Positions 1-9,229 of a stretch of DNA of 64,000 bases are shown one piece after another (the first letter of the stretch is position 1; every line of letters starts with the position of its first letter). This stretch comes from Spirochaetia bacterium (GTDB lineage: Bacteria > Spirochaetota > Spirochaetia > CAKZLE01). The notes below the pieces were generated by a model that was given only the letters and a program-made list of their open reading frames with translations, did not search any database and was not told the DNA's origin. The stretch covers positions 2,976,001-3,040,000 of the forward strand of contig OY782041.1 in the NCBI GenBank assembly GCA_963677595.1, in the 5' to 3' direction. A program made the position numbers and the translations under genes.

Positions 1-198
1 GTCATCAACGGTGAGTTCGAGGCGAAGCTCATCCCGGTAGGGGTGCAGGCTGGAGTCATCAGGCTGTCGGACTTCTACACGATCGGTGACGAGCCGGTAT
101 CACAGGAGATCCAGGACAAGATGGCTGAGGTCTATGACGGGATCCTCGATGGGTCACTGAAGACTTCCGGGGTCGTACCCAAGTCAGTGTTCGAGTAG
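1..198 (+). CDS. C-terminal fragment of a probable BMP-family (nucleoside) ABC substrate-binding protein; runs off window start
   Basis: Frame 1 is open from base 1 (VINGEFEAKLIPVG...KSVFE) to TAG at 196-198, directly upstream of a nucleoside-type ABC ATPase and two permeases. Confidence 0.7.
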   Translation, partial: VINGEFEAKLIPVGVQAGVIRLSDFYTIGDEPVSQEIQDKMAEVYDGILDGSLKTSGVVPKSVFE

Positions 199-209
199 CC
201 ACACCAAGA

Positions 210-239
210 ATCATAGCCTGGGGAAACCCAGGCTATGAT
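210..239 (+). other. 13-bp stem with GAAA tetraloop between the binding-protein and ATPase genes (probable mRNA stability/attenuation hairpin)
   Basis: ATCATAGCCTGGG-GAAA-CCCAGGCTATGAT; no U-tract. Confidence 0.65.
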
Positions 240-259
240 GGTGATGAGGAGTAAAACGT

Positions 260-1828
260 ATGAACCGGACAACGCTCAACGGAACAGGTGATGTAGTGCT
301 GGAATGTGTCGGCGTCACGAAACGGTTCCCAGGGGTCATAGCGAACAATCGCGTCGATTTCTCCCTGCGAAGGGGGGAAATCCATGCACTCCTCGGTGAG
401 AACGGGGCTGGCAAGTCGACCCTGATGAACTGCGTCTATGGTCTCTATGCCCCGGATGAGGGATCGATCAGGAAAGACGGGAGAGAGCTCCGGCTCAAGT
501 CCCCGGCTGATGCGATCCATGAACACATCGGGATGATCCACCAGCACTTCATGCTCGTGCCTACCCTGAGCGTGGTCGAGAACGTCGCCCTCTGCCTGGG
601 GGGAGGCAACCCCCTGAAGCTGAACCTGCGCAGTGTCGAGAAGAAGATCCGCGGACTTTCGGTGCAGTACGGGCTGGATATAGACCCGAGGGCGAAGGTC
701 TCAGACCTGTCGGTCGGGGAGCAGCAGCGGGTAGAGATCCTCAAGGTCCTCTACCGCGATGCCGAGATCCTCATCATGGATGAGCCGACAGCGGTCCTGA
801 CCCCTGCTGAGGTAGATGGCCTCTTCTCAGTCCTGAGGGACCTCACGAAGCACGGAAACTCGGTGATCTTCATCTCACATAAGCTCTGGGAGGTCATGGA
901 GATTACGGACCGGGTCACGATCCTGCGTGACGGTGAGAAGGTCGACACGGTCTCCTCCTCCGGCATGACCAAGGAGAAGCTAGCCGAGATGATGGTAGGC
1001 CGGGAGGTCTTCCTCCAATACGACCATCCACCAGTCGAGAAGGGCAGGACCATCCTCGAGGTGAAGGATGTTACCTTGAGTACTGCACAGGGGGTGAAAG
1101 TGCTTGATGCGATGAACCTCCAGGTGGCAGCCGGTGAGATCGTCGGGATCGCCGGGGTCGACGGGAACGGCCAGAAGGAGCTCGCCGGCGTGATCCATGG
1201 GCTCTATACCCCTGACTCCGGGCAGATCTTCTTCGACGGGAAGGATGTCACCGAGATGCCGGTGAAGGGAAGGCTTGCCCTCGGGCTCGGGCACATCCCC
1301 GAGGATCGATTGTCGACCGGGGTGGTCCCGGCCTTCAGCGTCGCGGAGAACATGGTGCTCATCGAGTTCGACGGGCCGCCGTTCACCCGCAAAGGGTTCT
1401 ATGACCACAAGGCTGTGGACGAGCGAGCGAAGACCCTGACCAAAGCCTATGATATTCGCCTCTCATCGGTCAGCAGCCCGATCGCCGACCTCTCCGGGGG
1501 AAACCAGCAGAAGGTCGTGCTTGCGCGTGAGATCACGAGAAGTCCCAAACTCCTGATCGCCGCACAGCCGACGAGGGGCCTCGATATCGGGGCGACGGAG
1601 TTCACCCAGAGGACGCTCATCGAGGAGCGGACGAAGGGGAGCGCCGTGCTGCTGATCTCGACCGACCTCGATGAGGTACTGGCAGTCTCCGACCGGGTCC
1701 TGGTCATCTATGAGGGGTCGGTCATCGGGGAGGTGACTCCCGGGAAGCACAGCATCACCGAGATCGGCATGATGATGGCCGGTATGAAGCAGGAAGGTGT
1801 ACATACGGATACGGGGGATCAGCTATGA
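260..1828 (+). CDS. ABC transporter ATP-binding protein, CUT2/nucleoside type, two NBDs
   Basis: GENGAGKST, LSVGEQQ, MDEPT, LSGGNQQK, QPTRGLD. Confidence 0.95.
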   Translation: MNRTTLNGTGDVVLECVGVTKRFPGVIANNRVDFSLRRGEIHALLGENGAGKSTLMNCVYGLYAPDEGSIRKDGRELRLKSPADAIHEHIGMIHQHFMLVPTLSVVENVALCLGGGNPLKLNLRSVEKKIRGLSVQYGLDIDPRAKVSDLSVGEQQRVEILKVLYRDAEILIMDEPTAVLTPAEVDGLFSVLRDLTKHGNSVIFISHKLWEVMEITDRVTILRDGEKVDTVSSSGMTKEKLAEMMVGREVFLQYDHPPVEKGRTILEVKDVTLSTAQGVKVLDAMNLQVAAGEIVGIAGVDGNGQKELAGVIHGLYTPDSGQIFFDGKDVTEMPVKGRLALGLGHIPEDRLSTGVVPAFSVAENMVLIEFDGPPFTRKGFYDHKAVDERAKTLTKAYDIRLSSVSSPIADLSGGNQQKVVLAREITRSPKLLIAAQPTRGLDIGATEFTQRTLIEERTKGSAVLLISTDLDEVLAVSDRVLVIYEGSVIGEVTPGKHSITEIGMMMAGMKQEGVHTDTGDQL

Positions 1829-2937
1829 CGGGAAAGAGACTCATTACTATGGATTCCGATATGTTCACCCGGCTGGCGCTGAACCTGATGACCCCATTGA
1901 TCGCCATCGCGGGATCGATCATCGTGGGGGGCTTCGTCATCTTCTTAGCCGGCGTCAACCCGATACTCGCCTACCACCATCTTCTCTACGGGGCCTTCGG
2001 TACGGTGAACAACTTCTCCGAGACACTGGTGAAGACGACCCCGATCCTCATCGCGGGTATCGGCCTGAGCATCTCCTTCAGGAGCAGCCTGACGAACATC
2101 GGGGCAGAGGGCCAGATGATCGCCGGTGCGATCGTCTCGACGGTCGCGGCATTCATGGTCCCTGCGGGGAACCCGGTCATCGCCGTCGGGATCGTGATCA
2201 TCGCCGGCTTCATCGGCGGGGCCCTCTACGGCGCGCTGCCGGGATACCTGAAGGCGAGGTTCGGGACCTCGGAGATCATCAGCACCATCATGCTGAACTA
2301 TATCGCGATCAGTATGCTCGCATTCCTCCTTGATGGACCGATGAAGGAGGAGGGGGGCTTCTTCCCCCAGACCGCACTGGTCCCAGCGGCTGCACAGCTG
2401 CCGAGACTCATCGAGGGGGCACGGCTCCATATGGGGATCCTCATAGCCCTCGTGCTTGTCGGTCTCTACTACCTCCTGCTCTTCCGACTCCCGCTGGGAT
2501 TCCGGATCAGGACAGTGGGGCTCAATCCCCATGCGGCCCGTTATGCCGGGATCAATGTGAAGCGTCATATCATGATCGCCATGGCCCTCTCAGGCGGGCT
2601 TGCGGGGATAGCCGGTACCAGCGAGATCTTCGGGATCCATCACCGGCTCTATAACGGGTTCTCCGCCGGCTACGGGTTCGATGCGGTGGCGATCGCCCTG
2701 CTCGGGCGACTGCATCCGGTCGGGGTGGTCCTCGCGGCGATCTTCTTCGGTGCGCTCCGTGTAGGGGCGAACGCGATGCAGAATGCCGTACAGGTACCGG
2801 TACCCGTGGTCTATGTCATCCAGGGGGTGTCGGTCCTCTTCATCCTGACCGACACGCTGATGAAGGACACGATCACGGGGTTCATCAAGAGACGGAAGAC
2901 CCTGCACGCGCAGGTCGAGGGAGGGCAGCTATCATGA
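1825..2937 (+). CDS. ABC transporter permease (BPD_transp_2, nucleoside type)
   Basis: Multi-TM protein with NIGAEGQ and GLNPHAARYAGI motifs; ATGA overlap with ATPase. Confidence 0.93.
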   Translation: MTGKRLITMDSDMFTRLALNLMTPLIAIAGSIIVGGFVIFLAGVNPILAYHHLLYGAFGTVNNFSETLVKTTPILIAGIGLSISFRSSLTNIGAEGQMIAGAIVSTVAAFMVPAGNPVIAVGIVIIAGFIGGALYGALPGYLKARFGTSEIISTIMLNYIAISMLAFLLDGPMKEEGGFFPQTALVPAAAQLPRLIEGARLHMGILIALVLVGLYYLLLFRLPLGFRIRTVGLNPHAARYAGINVKRHIMIAMALSGGLAGIAGTSEIFGIHHRLYNGFSAGYGFDAVAIALLGRLHPVGVVLAAIFFGALRVGANAMQNAVQVPVPVVYVIQGVSVLFILTDTLMKDTITGFIKRRKTLHAQVEGGQLS

Positions 2938-3866
2938 ACATCCTTGCAGGACTCTCAGTAGAGGGGATACTCTCGGCGATGCTGCGGATGGCAGCGCCAC
3001 TGCTCCTGGCCTGTCTCGGGGGGCTCTTCACGGCCCGGGCCGGCATCATCAACCTTGCCCTCGAGGGTGTGATGCTCGCAGGGGCGTTCACCGGGTTCGT
3101 GGGTGCATACATCAGCGGAAGTCTCTTCGTCGGCGTCATCACCGCGATGGCAGGCGGGGTCGCGATGTCGATGATCCTCGGCGTCCTCTCGATCCACGGG
3201 AGGGCAAACCAGACCGTCGCGGGGGTCGGGATCAATATTGCATCGTTAGGTATCACCAGCTACCTCTTCAAGGTCTTCTTCTCCGGGAAGGGCCTCATGA
3301 AGGCTCCCTCATTCAGTCCCATACCGATACCGCTCCTCTCTAGGATCCCGGTGGTCGGCAAGGCCTTCTTCGACCAGGGACTGCTGGTATACCTCGCATT
3401 CGCCCTGGTGCCGGTCGTCTGGTACGTCCTCTACCGGACCCCCTACGGCCTGACGATCCGTGCGACGGGAGAGCACCCCAAGGCGGTCGATACGCTCGGC
3501 GGGAACGTCTACCGGGTTCGCTATGTGAGCATCATCGCGCTCGGCATGCTCGCCGGTCTCGGCGGTGCCTGTCTGACCATCGGGCAGACGGGGACTTTCG
3601 CCGAGAACATCACGGCCGGAAAAGGGTATATCGCGCTGGCAGCCCTGATCTTCGGACGGTTCACCCCGATAGGCTCCCTTGCCTCGGCGCTCATCTTCGG
3701 GTTCTTCGAGGGGATCCAGCTGAGGCTGCAGACTGCAGGGGTAGCTATCCCCCACCAGTTCCTCACCATGCTCCCGTACCTCATGACCCTGCTTGCCCTC
3801 ACGGTCTTCGTCAAGAGGTCCCAGGCTCCGGCAGCGATGGGGAAACCCTACAACAGGCAGGATTGA
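2934..3866 (+). CDS. ABC transporter permease (BPD_transp_2, nucleoside type)
   Basis: INLALEG, GEHPKAVDTLG, AGKGYIALAA and P-AMGKPY motifs; ATGA overlap. Confidence 0.93.
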   Translation: MNILAGLSVEGILSAMLRMAAPLLLACLGGLFTARAGIINLALEGVMLAGAFTGFVGAYISGSLFVGVITAMAGGVAMSMILGVLSIHGRANQTVAGVGINIASLGITSYLFKVFFSGKGLMKAPSFSPIPIPLLSRIPVVGKAFFDQGLLVYLAFALVPVVWYVLYRTPYGLTIRATGEHPKAVDTLGGNVYRVRYVSIIALGMLAGLGGACLTIGQTGTFAENITAGKGYIALAALIFGRFTPIGSLASALIFGFFEGIQLRLQTAGVAIPHQFLTMLPYLMTLLALTVFVKRSQAPAAMGKPYNRQD

Positions 3867-3869
3867 CCT

Positions 3870-5225
3870 ATGAGTGAAACGAAGAAGATTCCCTGCGACA
3901 TCCTGATCCATGATGCTTCCGTGCTGTACCCTGACCTCACGATCACAGAAGGGCGATCGATCGCCGTGGCAGGCGGTACGATCATCGAGATCGGGAAGGC
4001 AGACGTCCTCCGGGAGCGCTACGCCCCGATGACCCTGCTCGATGGGGCCGGGCGGCTTGCCATGCCGAGCTTCGTCGACGGGCATACCCATATCTCGCAG
4101 CAGCTGCTGCGGGGGATGCTCACTGATGAGTATCCGGTCCTCTACCTCCGGTTCAACCTGCCCTATGAGAACAGGCTGACTGCCGATGACATGCGCATCT
4201 GCACGGAGCTGAGCTGCCTCGAGATGATCAAGTCAGGCATCACCTCCTTTGCCGATGCCGGTGCCGACTACCTCGAGCAGACGGCTTCCATCATCGATGA
4301 GGCTGGACTGCGGGCTGTCCTGACACGGCCATCCTCCGATACCGGTGCACATCTCCCGAAGGGGCGTACTGACTCGATCGACACGATCCTCGCCGAGAGC
4401 GAAGCGCTCTATCGTGCGATCGACGGCATGGGGGAGGGACGGATCCGTTTCTGGTTCCAGTTCCGCTCGATCGCGAGCTGCTCGGATGCGCTCATCAGGG
4501 CGATCGTGGAGAAAGCTTCTGAGCATGGTACCGGGCTGCATGCCCATATCAGCGAGTACCCGGAGACGAACCTGAACAGCCTGAGGAAGCACGGGATGCG
4601 GGAGTTGGCATACCTCGAGAAACTCGGGGCCCTCGGTCCCAACTTCCTCGCGGCCCACTGCATCCAGCTCTCGAATGATGATATACGCATCCTCAAGGAG
4701 CATGAGGTGAAGGTCGTCCATTGCCCGAGGAGCAACCTCGGGAAGGCGGTGACCAAGACTCCCCAGTTGCTTGGCGAGGGGATCTCCGTCGGCTTCGGCA
4801 CGGACGGGACGGCGCATTCAGGCTTGAGCATGTTCCGGGAGATGACGGCGTTCAGGCACTCGCAGGTCGTCCACTGGGGAGTCCCCTACTGTGATTACGA
4901 CGTGATGAACACGAGTATGCTCCTTGATATAGCGACCATGGGCGGGGCACGAGCCCTGCAGCAGGAGAAGCGGATCGGGTCGCTCGAGGTCGGGAAGCAG
5001 GCTGACATCATCCTCATCGACATCGACCAGCCCCATATCCTCCCGACGCACAACCTGCTCAATACGCTGACCGAGTCGGTTGAGACCGGTGACATCAGGG
5101 ATGTCATCATCGACGGGAAGCTCGTCATGCGGGAGAGGGAGGTCCTGACCCTTGATGAGGGGAGGATCCTCACTGAAGGGAAGCAGAGGATCCGGAAGAT
5201 AGCGAAGAACAACGACTGGACTTGA
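3870..5225 (+). CDS. Amidohydrolase family protein (MTA/SAH or nucleoside deaminase-like)
   Basis: DGHTH, HISE, AAHC, HCPRSN, GTDG, GSLEVGKQADI. Confidence 0.9.
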   Translation: MSETKKIPCDILIHDASVLYPDLTITEGRSIAVAGGTIIEIGKADVLRERYAPMTLLDGAGRLAMPSFVDGHTHISQQLLRGMLTDEYPVLYLRFNLPYENRLTADDMRICTELSCLEMIKSGITSFADAGADYLEQTASIIDEAGLRAVLTRPSSDTGAHLPKGRTDSIDTILAESEALYRAIDGMGEGRIRFWFQFRSIASCSDALIRAIVEKASEHGTGLHAHISEYPETNLNSLRKHGMRELAYLEKLGALGPNFLAAHCIQLSNDDIRILKEHEVKVVHCPRSNLGKAVTKTPQLLGEGISVGFGTDGTAHSGLSMFREMTAFRHSQVVHWGVPYCDYDVMNTSMLLDIATMGGARALQQEKRIGSLEVGKQADIILIDIDQPHILPTHNLLNTLTESVETGDIRDVIIDGKLVMREREVLTLDEGRILTEGKQRIRKIAKNNDWT

Positions 5226-5251
5226 ACAGGCCACTCATGCAGGAGAGATAT

Positions 5252-6217
5252 ATGAATACGGCAACAGATGTTACACCTATGCACAGATTCAGGACGGAGG
5301 AGATCCTCGTGGACCCGGGTCCTCCCAGGATGTTCGCATCGATTGACTCAGGTACCTTCCTGGTCACCCTCGGGACCAGTACCCCAAGCCCGAACCCCTA
5401 CCGATTCGGGCCAGCCGGTGCGGTCGTTGCGAACGGGAACCCATACCTCATCGACGCAGGGGAGGGGATCCTGCGGGCGATCGCAAAAGCGGCGACCTCC
5501 CATGGGAAGCTGCTCGTCGACTGCTTCGCCCCGAAGAAGCTCACCCGCCTCTTCCTCACACATCTCCACTCGGACCATGTGGTGGGGCTGCCAAGCATCA
5601 TCCTGAACCCGTGGATCTTCGGGAGGACCGAGCCGATGGAGATCTTCGGTCCGGTCGGGACAAGAAAGCTGGTGGACAGTATCCTCGAAGGCTACGGGGG
5701 TGATATACACGAACGGATCAACGGGGCTGAGCATGCGAATGACACTGGCTGGCGGGTGACGGTCCATGAGATCGACGAGGACGGCATCGTCTATGAGGAC
5801 GGCAACCTTACCGTCGAGGCTTTCTTCCACGAGCATGGAAGCATGCCGAACTACGGCTATGTCTTCAGGACTGAGGAGAAGTCAGTTCTCTGGGCTGGGG
5901 ACGGCAGGGTGAATGAGAAGTTCCTCGAGGCTGCGCGGGGGGTAGACTTCCTGGTCACGGAGGTCTGCTCTGAGGAGCATGTCGGCAAGGCTCCCTGGGG
6001 CGGTGTGTCGGAAGAGGAGAAGGAACGGATCATCTGGGCCTACCACCTGAAGCCGTGGGAACTTGCCCGGCTCGCTGAGCAGGCCGGGATCGGTACGCTG
6101 GTGCTGACCCATGAGTCGAACTACTCCGCCCCCTTTGACATCAATGCCCTGTATGACGAGATGCGGGCTCTCTTCAAGGGGAACCTGGTAGCCTCCAGGG
6201 ACGCCGATGTATTCTAG
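5252..6217 (+). CDS. MBL-fold metallohydrolase, RNase Z/AtsA arylsulfatase-like
   Basis: LGTSTP, IDAGEG, THLHSDH, GPVG, AGD, LTH; AGGAG upstream of ATG 5252. Confidence 0.85.
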   Translation: MNTATDVTPMHRFRTEEILVDPGPPRMFASIDSGTFLVTLGTSTPSPNPYRFGPAGAVVANGNPYLIDAGEGILRAIAKAATSHGKLLVDCFAPKKLTRLFLTHLHSDHVVGLPSIILNPWIFGRTEPMEIFGPVGTRKLVDSILEGYGGDIHERINGAEHANDTGWRVTVHEIDEDGIVYEDGNLTVEAFFHEHGSMPNYGYVFRTEEKSVLWAGDGRVNEKFLEAARGVDFLVTEVCSEEHVGKAPWGGVSEEEKERIIWAYHLKPWELARLAEQAGIGTLVLTHESNYSAPFDINALYDEMRALFKGNLVASRDADVF

Positions 6218-6226
6218 GGGTAACGC

Positions 6227-6988
6227 TTGATCGACTATCTCGCCGTTATCCTGTTCACCTTTCTGGTGGGGATCTTCCTCGGCGCCACCGGCATCGGGGG
6301 CTTCCTGATTCCGATCTTCCTGATCGGGGTGCTCGGCTTCGGTGTGGCTGAGACCTACAGCATGAGTTTCCTCGCCTTCACGGCTGCAGGAGCCCTCGGT
6401 GCCTGGTTCTACTGGAAGGCGGATGAACTCTATGTAAGGACAGCTATCCTCTTGAGTATCGGGAGCTTCCCCGGAGCGATCGCCGGTGTGCTGCTCAACC
6501 GTATCATCCCAACATCTGTTGCCACTGGCGTCCTCTACTCGTTCATCATCCTCTCAAGCCTCTATTCCCTGCTGAAGAACCGGGAACCCGGGTCAGCCGC
6601 AGGGGATGGAAGCAGGGGGCAGGTGCTTCCTGCAACACTGCTCATCCCCATCGGGTTCGGTTCTGCGCTCTTCTGCACCTTCGCCGGTGCCGGCGGGCCG
6701 GTGCTGGTCATCCCCATCCTGCTGCTCCTTCACGTCGATGCCCGGAAAGCCATCGGGATCGCCCTCTTCGACTCAGTATTCGTTGGCATCCCGGCATCGA
6801 TCGGCTACGGGCTGAGTTCCGGCTATGTCGTGAGCATGATGGGGGTCGTAGGGGCGGTCGCGGTGCTTATCGGGGTTCGGGTCGGTACGGCCTTCGTGAG
6901 CCGCATCAGGCAGGAGGTGACCAGGGATTTCATACTGGTTCTTGCCTCCGCTGCTTCTGTATTCCTGCTGGTACGGCAGCTGGTATGA
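6227..6988 (+). CDS. TSUP/TauE-SafE family sulfite exporter
   Basis: Multi-TM protein with the internal repeats GIGG..IP and GAGGPVLVIP. Confidence 0.85.
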   Translation: MIDYLAVILFTFLVGIFLGATGIGGFLIPIFLIGVLGFGVAETYSMSFLAFTAAGALGAWFYWKADELYVRTAILLSIGSFPGAIAGVLLNRIIPTSVATGVLYSFIILSSLYSLLKNREPGSAAGDGSRGQVLPATLLIPIGFGSALFCTFAGAGGPVLVIPILLLLHVDARKAIGIALFDSVFVGIPASIGYGLSSGYVVSMMGVVGAVAVLIGVRVGTAFVSRIRQEVTRDFILVLASAASVFLLVRQLV

Positions 6989-7075
6989 CCGTCAGGGCAG
7001 TCAGCTGTTGGGGGGCTAAGAGTCGGAATTAGTTGTGTCAGATTCTTCATCTTGAGCTAGATTGCGTTTGGATAC

Positions 7076-7098
7076 ATGTATATGATGATAGTATACAT
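7076..7098 (+). promoter_or_regulatory. Inverted repeat, putative BrnA operator
   Basis: ATGTATA-N9-TATACAT just before the brnT RBS. Confidence 0.5.
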
Positions 7099-7104
7099 AA
7101 GGGG

Positions 7105-7422
7105 TTGCTCTTGGCATATACTGAATGTAGCGGGTTTGACTGGGATGATGATAATCTCTACAAGAAAATAGCAAAACATGCTGAATATGGAGCCGATATC
7201 GAACAGGTATTCTTCAATACCCCGGTACTTGCCAGGAAGGATACAGAGCATTCAGCCCGGAAGCAGCGATTCTATGTACTGGGACATACCGATTCTTATC
7301 GGTTGCTTTTCGCGGCTTGTACGATCAGAGGGAATCTGATACGGGTGATCTCTGCGAGGGATATGACATCCAGGGAGATGAGAGTCTATGAAGAATTCAT
7401 TAAAAGAGATCCCAGTTTTTGA
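7105..7422 (+). CDS. brnT: BrnT family toxin
   Basis: FDWD...KH...EQVFF...RFYVLG...IRVISARDM; probable TTG start after AAGGGG. Confidence 0.85.
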   Translation: MLLAYTECSGFDWDDDNLYKKIAKHAEYGADIEQVFFNTPVLARKDTEHSARKQRFYVLGHTDSYRLLFAACTIRGNLIRVISARDMTSREMRVYEEFIKRDPSF

Positions 7423-7675
7423 TTCTGAGAAAGAAGAACGTGAATTCTGGGAGCAGCATGATTCGACTGAGTGTATAGACTGGGAAGCGGGGAGTGAGGC
7501 AAAGTTCCCGAACTTGAAGCCGTCGACAAGATCAATATCTATCAGGCTTCCCCAAAGCCTGATAGATGACTTGAAGATCCTGGCAAACAAACGGGATGTC
7601 CCGTACCAGTCATTGCTGAAGATATACCTTTCTGAACGGGTAGCCAGTGAGTTCGGGAAGAAGGATCTCTCCTAA
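7388..7675 (+). CDS. brnA: BrnA/CopG-like antitoxin
   Basis: IPVFDSEKEEREFWEQHDST...ISIRLP...DVPYQSLLK; overlaps brnT. Confidence 0.88.
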   Translation: MKNSLKEIPVFDSEKEEREFWEQHDSTECIDWEAGSEAKFPNLKPSTRSISIRLPQSLIDDLKILANKRDVPYQSLLKIYLSERVASEFGKKDLS

Positions 7676-7704
7676 AGCCGATTGGACGTGTCTTTCTGGT
7701 GTGA

Positions 7705-9054
7705 TCAGTCGATAACCTGGTACCGGGTTGCCGGCCCTTTCCCAAACTTCTTCACGGTTCCTTCCTTCTGCAGCCTCTGCAGTGCGTTCTTGGCCGTTGC
7801 CTGTGACCTCCCAAGGTATTGTGCTGCCTCGCTGGAGGTGAAGGAATCCCTTGAGGTGAAATGGTACCGTATCCTCTGCTCATAGGTAGAAGCAGCATCG
7901 TATGGTTCATGCTGATATGCTTCGCGTTGTTCCCTATAGAGGATGACTTTCACGTGGTTCTCGAGTTCCACGAATTCCGGCTCCCTCAGCCCTGCCTCGA
8001 GGCAGCTAGAGATGATCAGGGAGATACCGATGCCCTGCTTCTCCATATACCCGGTCTTCCTCAGGGCATCGGCTATGAGGGGGTTCCGGTAGCGGGACAG
8101 GCCTTCTTTCAGGTTTTCCTGGTTGATTGGCGCATAGAAGGTTCCCGGGTTCAGGAATTCGATCCGGTCCGGGAAGATCGATATCCTCACCGGGGCCTCA
8201 TAGTCATACGCACGATGGGCTGCGGCATTGACGAGGACCTCGCGTATCGCTTCGAGGGGGATCTCGAACTCGACCGGCTTCCTGACCATCCCTGAGAGTT
8301 CATACCGGGAACCGAGGATATCGGACAGGTACGCGTAGGCTGACTCAAGCATGACCTTGATCCCGCCAGTGATCATATCTGTCCTGATCAGGTCCTGTCG
8401 GTCACGACTGGAGAACCTGGCAATGGAGATCCCTGATTCGGCTATGATCTCCTGGTGGGCGGGATAGAAGAGGAGTATCCCGGCTGCGTTGGGGATGGTC
8501 CTGCCGGATACATCCGTGACACCATATCCCGACCCTACGAAGAGTGATTCGCTGCATGAGGTGAAGATCCAATCCAAGAGATCCTGAGAGAGGTCTGAGT
8601 AGGAGATCTGCGGACAGACGGTCTGCTCATACCGCAACCCGGTTCTTTGTCGGGAGAACTCCTCGACTGCATACGTGTCGGCCTTGCGGTTATGCGAACC
8701 GAAACGCAGGTATATACCGCCGGGGTACCCGTGACGCTTGATGAAGTAGGGTTTCTGCGGGCCGGGGAATACCCGTATGGTCAGGCAGACCTCCCCGCCA
8801 ATGGCCTGTTCGAACATGTCGACGGAGGTCTGCGGGGAGATCGCATCTGCGACTGCCTGCGGGATCTCCTCGTGGTAGGTGGAGATCTCCTCTCGCGATA
8901 ATCCGATGATCTCCCGGTCACTGTCCCTGATACCGATGATGATCGTCCCGCCCTGGGTGTTCGAGAACGCCGTGATCGTCTCTATCAGCCGGGAGTAATC
9001 TGACAGTCTCTCCTTGAACTCGAGAATCTTCGACTCGATACGATCATACTTCAT
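7705..9054 (-). CDS. AlbA_2 (Schlafen-like) + HATPase_c_4 + C-terminal wHTH protein
   Basis: ESKILEFKE, AFSNTQGG.IIIGI.D, IREVLVNAAAHRAY, NPG, RNPLIA, EKQGIGI, G.GPATRY. Confidence 0.88.
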   Translation of the reverse strand: MKYDRIESKILEFKERLSDYSRLIETITAFSNTQGGTIIIGIRDSDREIIGLSREEISTYHEEIPQAVADAISPQTSVDMFEQAIGGEVCLTIRVFPGPQKPYFIKRHGYPGGIYLRFGSHNRKADTYAVEEFSRQRTGLRYEQTVCPQISYSDLSQDLLDWIFTSCSESLFVGSGYGVTDVSGRTIPNAAGILLFYPAHQEIIAESGISIARFSSRDRQDLIRTDMITGGIKVMLESAYAYLSDILGSRYELSGMVRKPVEFEIPLEAIREVLVNAAAHRAYDYEAPVRISIFPDRIEFLNPGTFYAPINQENLKEGLSRYRNPLIADALRKTGYMEKQGIGISLIISSCLEAGLREPEFVELENHVKVILYREQREAYQHEPYDAASTYEQRIRYHFTSRDSFTSSEAAQYLGRSQATAKNALQRLQKEGTVKKFGKGPATRYQVID

Positions 9055-9071
9055 CGGCTAACCCTCCCGTT

Positions 9072-9107
9072 TATTATCGGATAGTATCTGATATTATCGG
9101 ATAATAT
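9072..9107. promoter_or_regulatory. Repeated/palindromic box upstream of the AlbA_2 gene (putative autoregulatory operator)
   Basis: TATTATCGGATA at 9072 and 9092; ATATTATC-G-GATAATAT at 9091-9107. Confidence 0.55.
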
Positions 9108-9156
9108 TTATACTATACGATAAAGTACGGAAAGGCAAGAGATATTACACAACGTT

Positions 9157-9186
9157 GATGACCAGCAGTTACACCTGCTGGTTATC
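9157..9186 (-). terminator. Hairpin downstream of rpn
   Basis: GATGACCAGCAG-N6-CTGCTGGTTATC. Confidence 0.45.
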
Positions 9187-9229
9187 CTCCTTGTCAAAAT
9201 CATGTTCAAATCATTGCATAAATGAGGTA

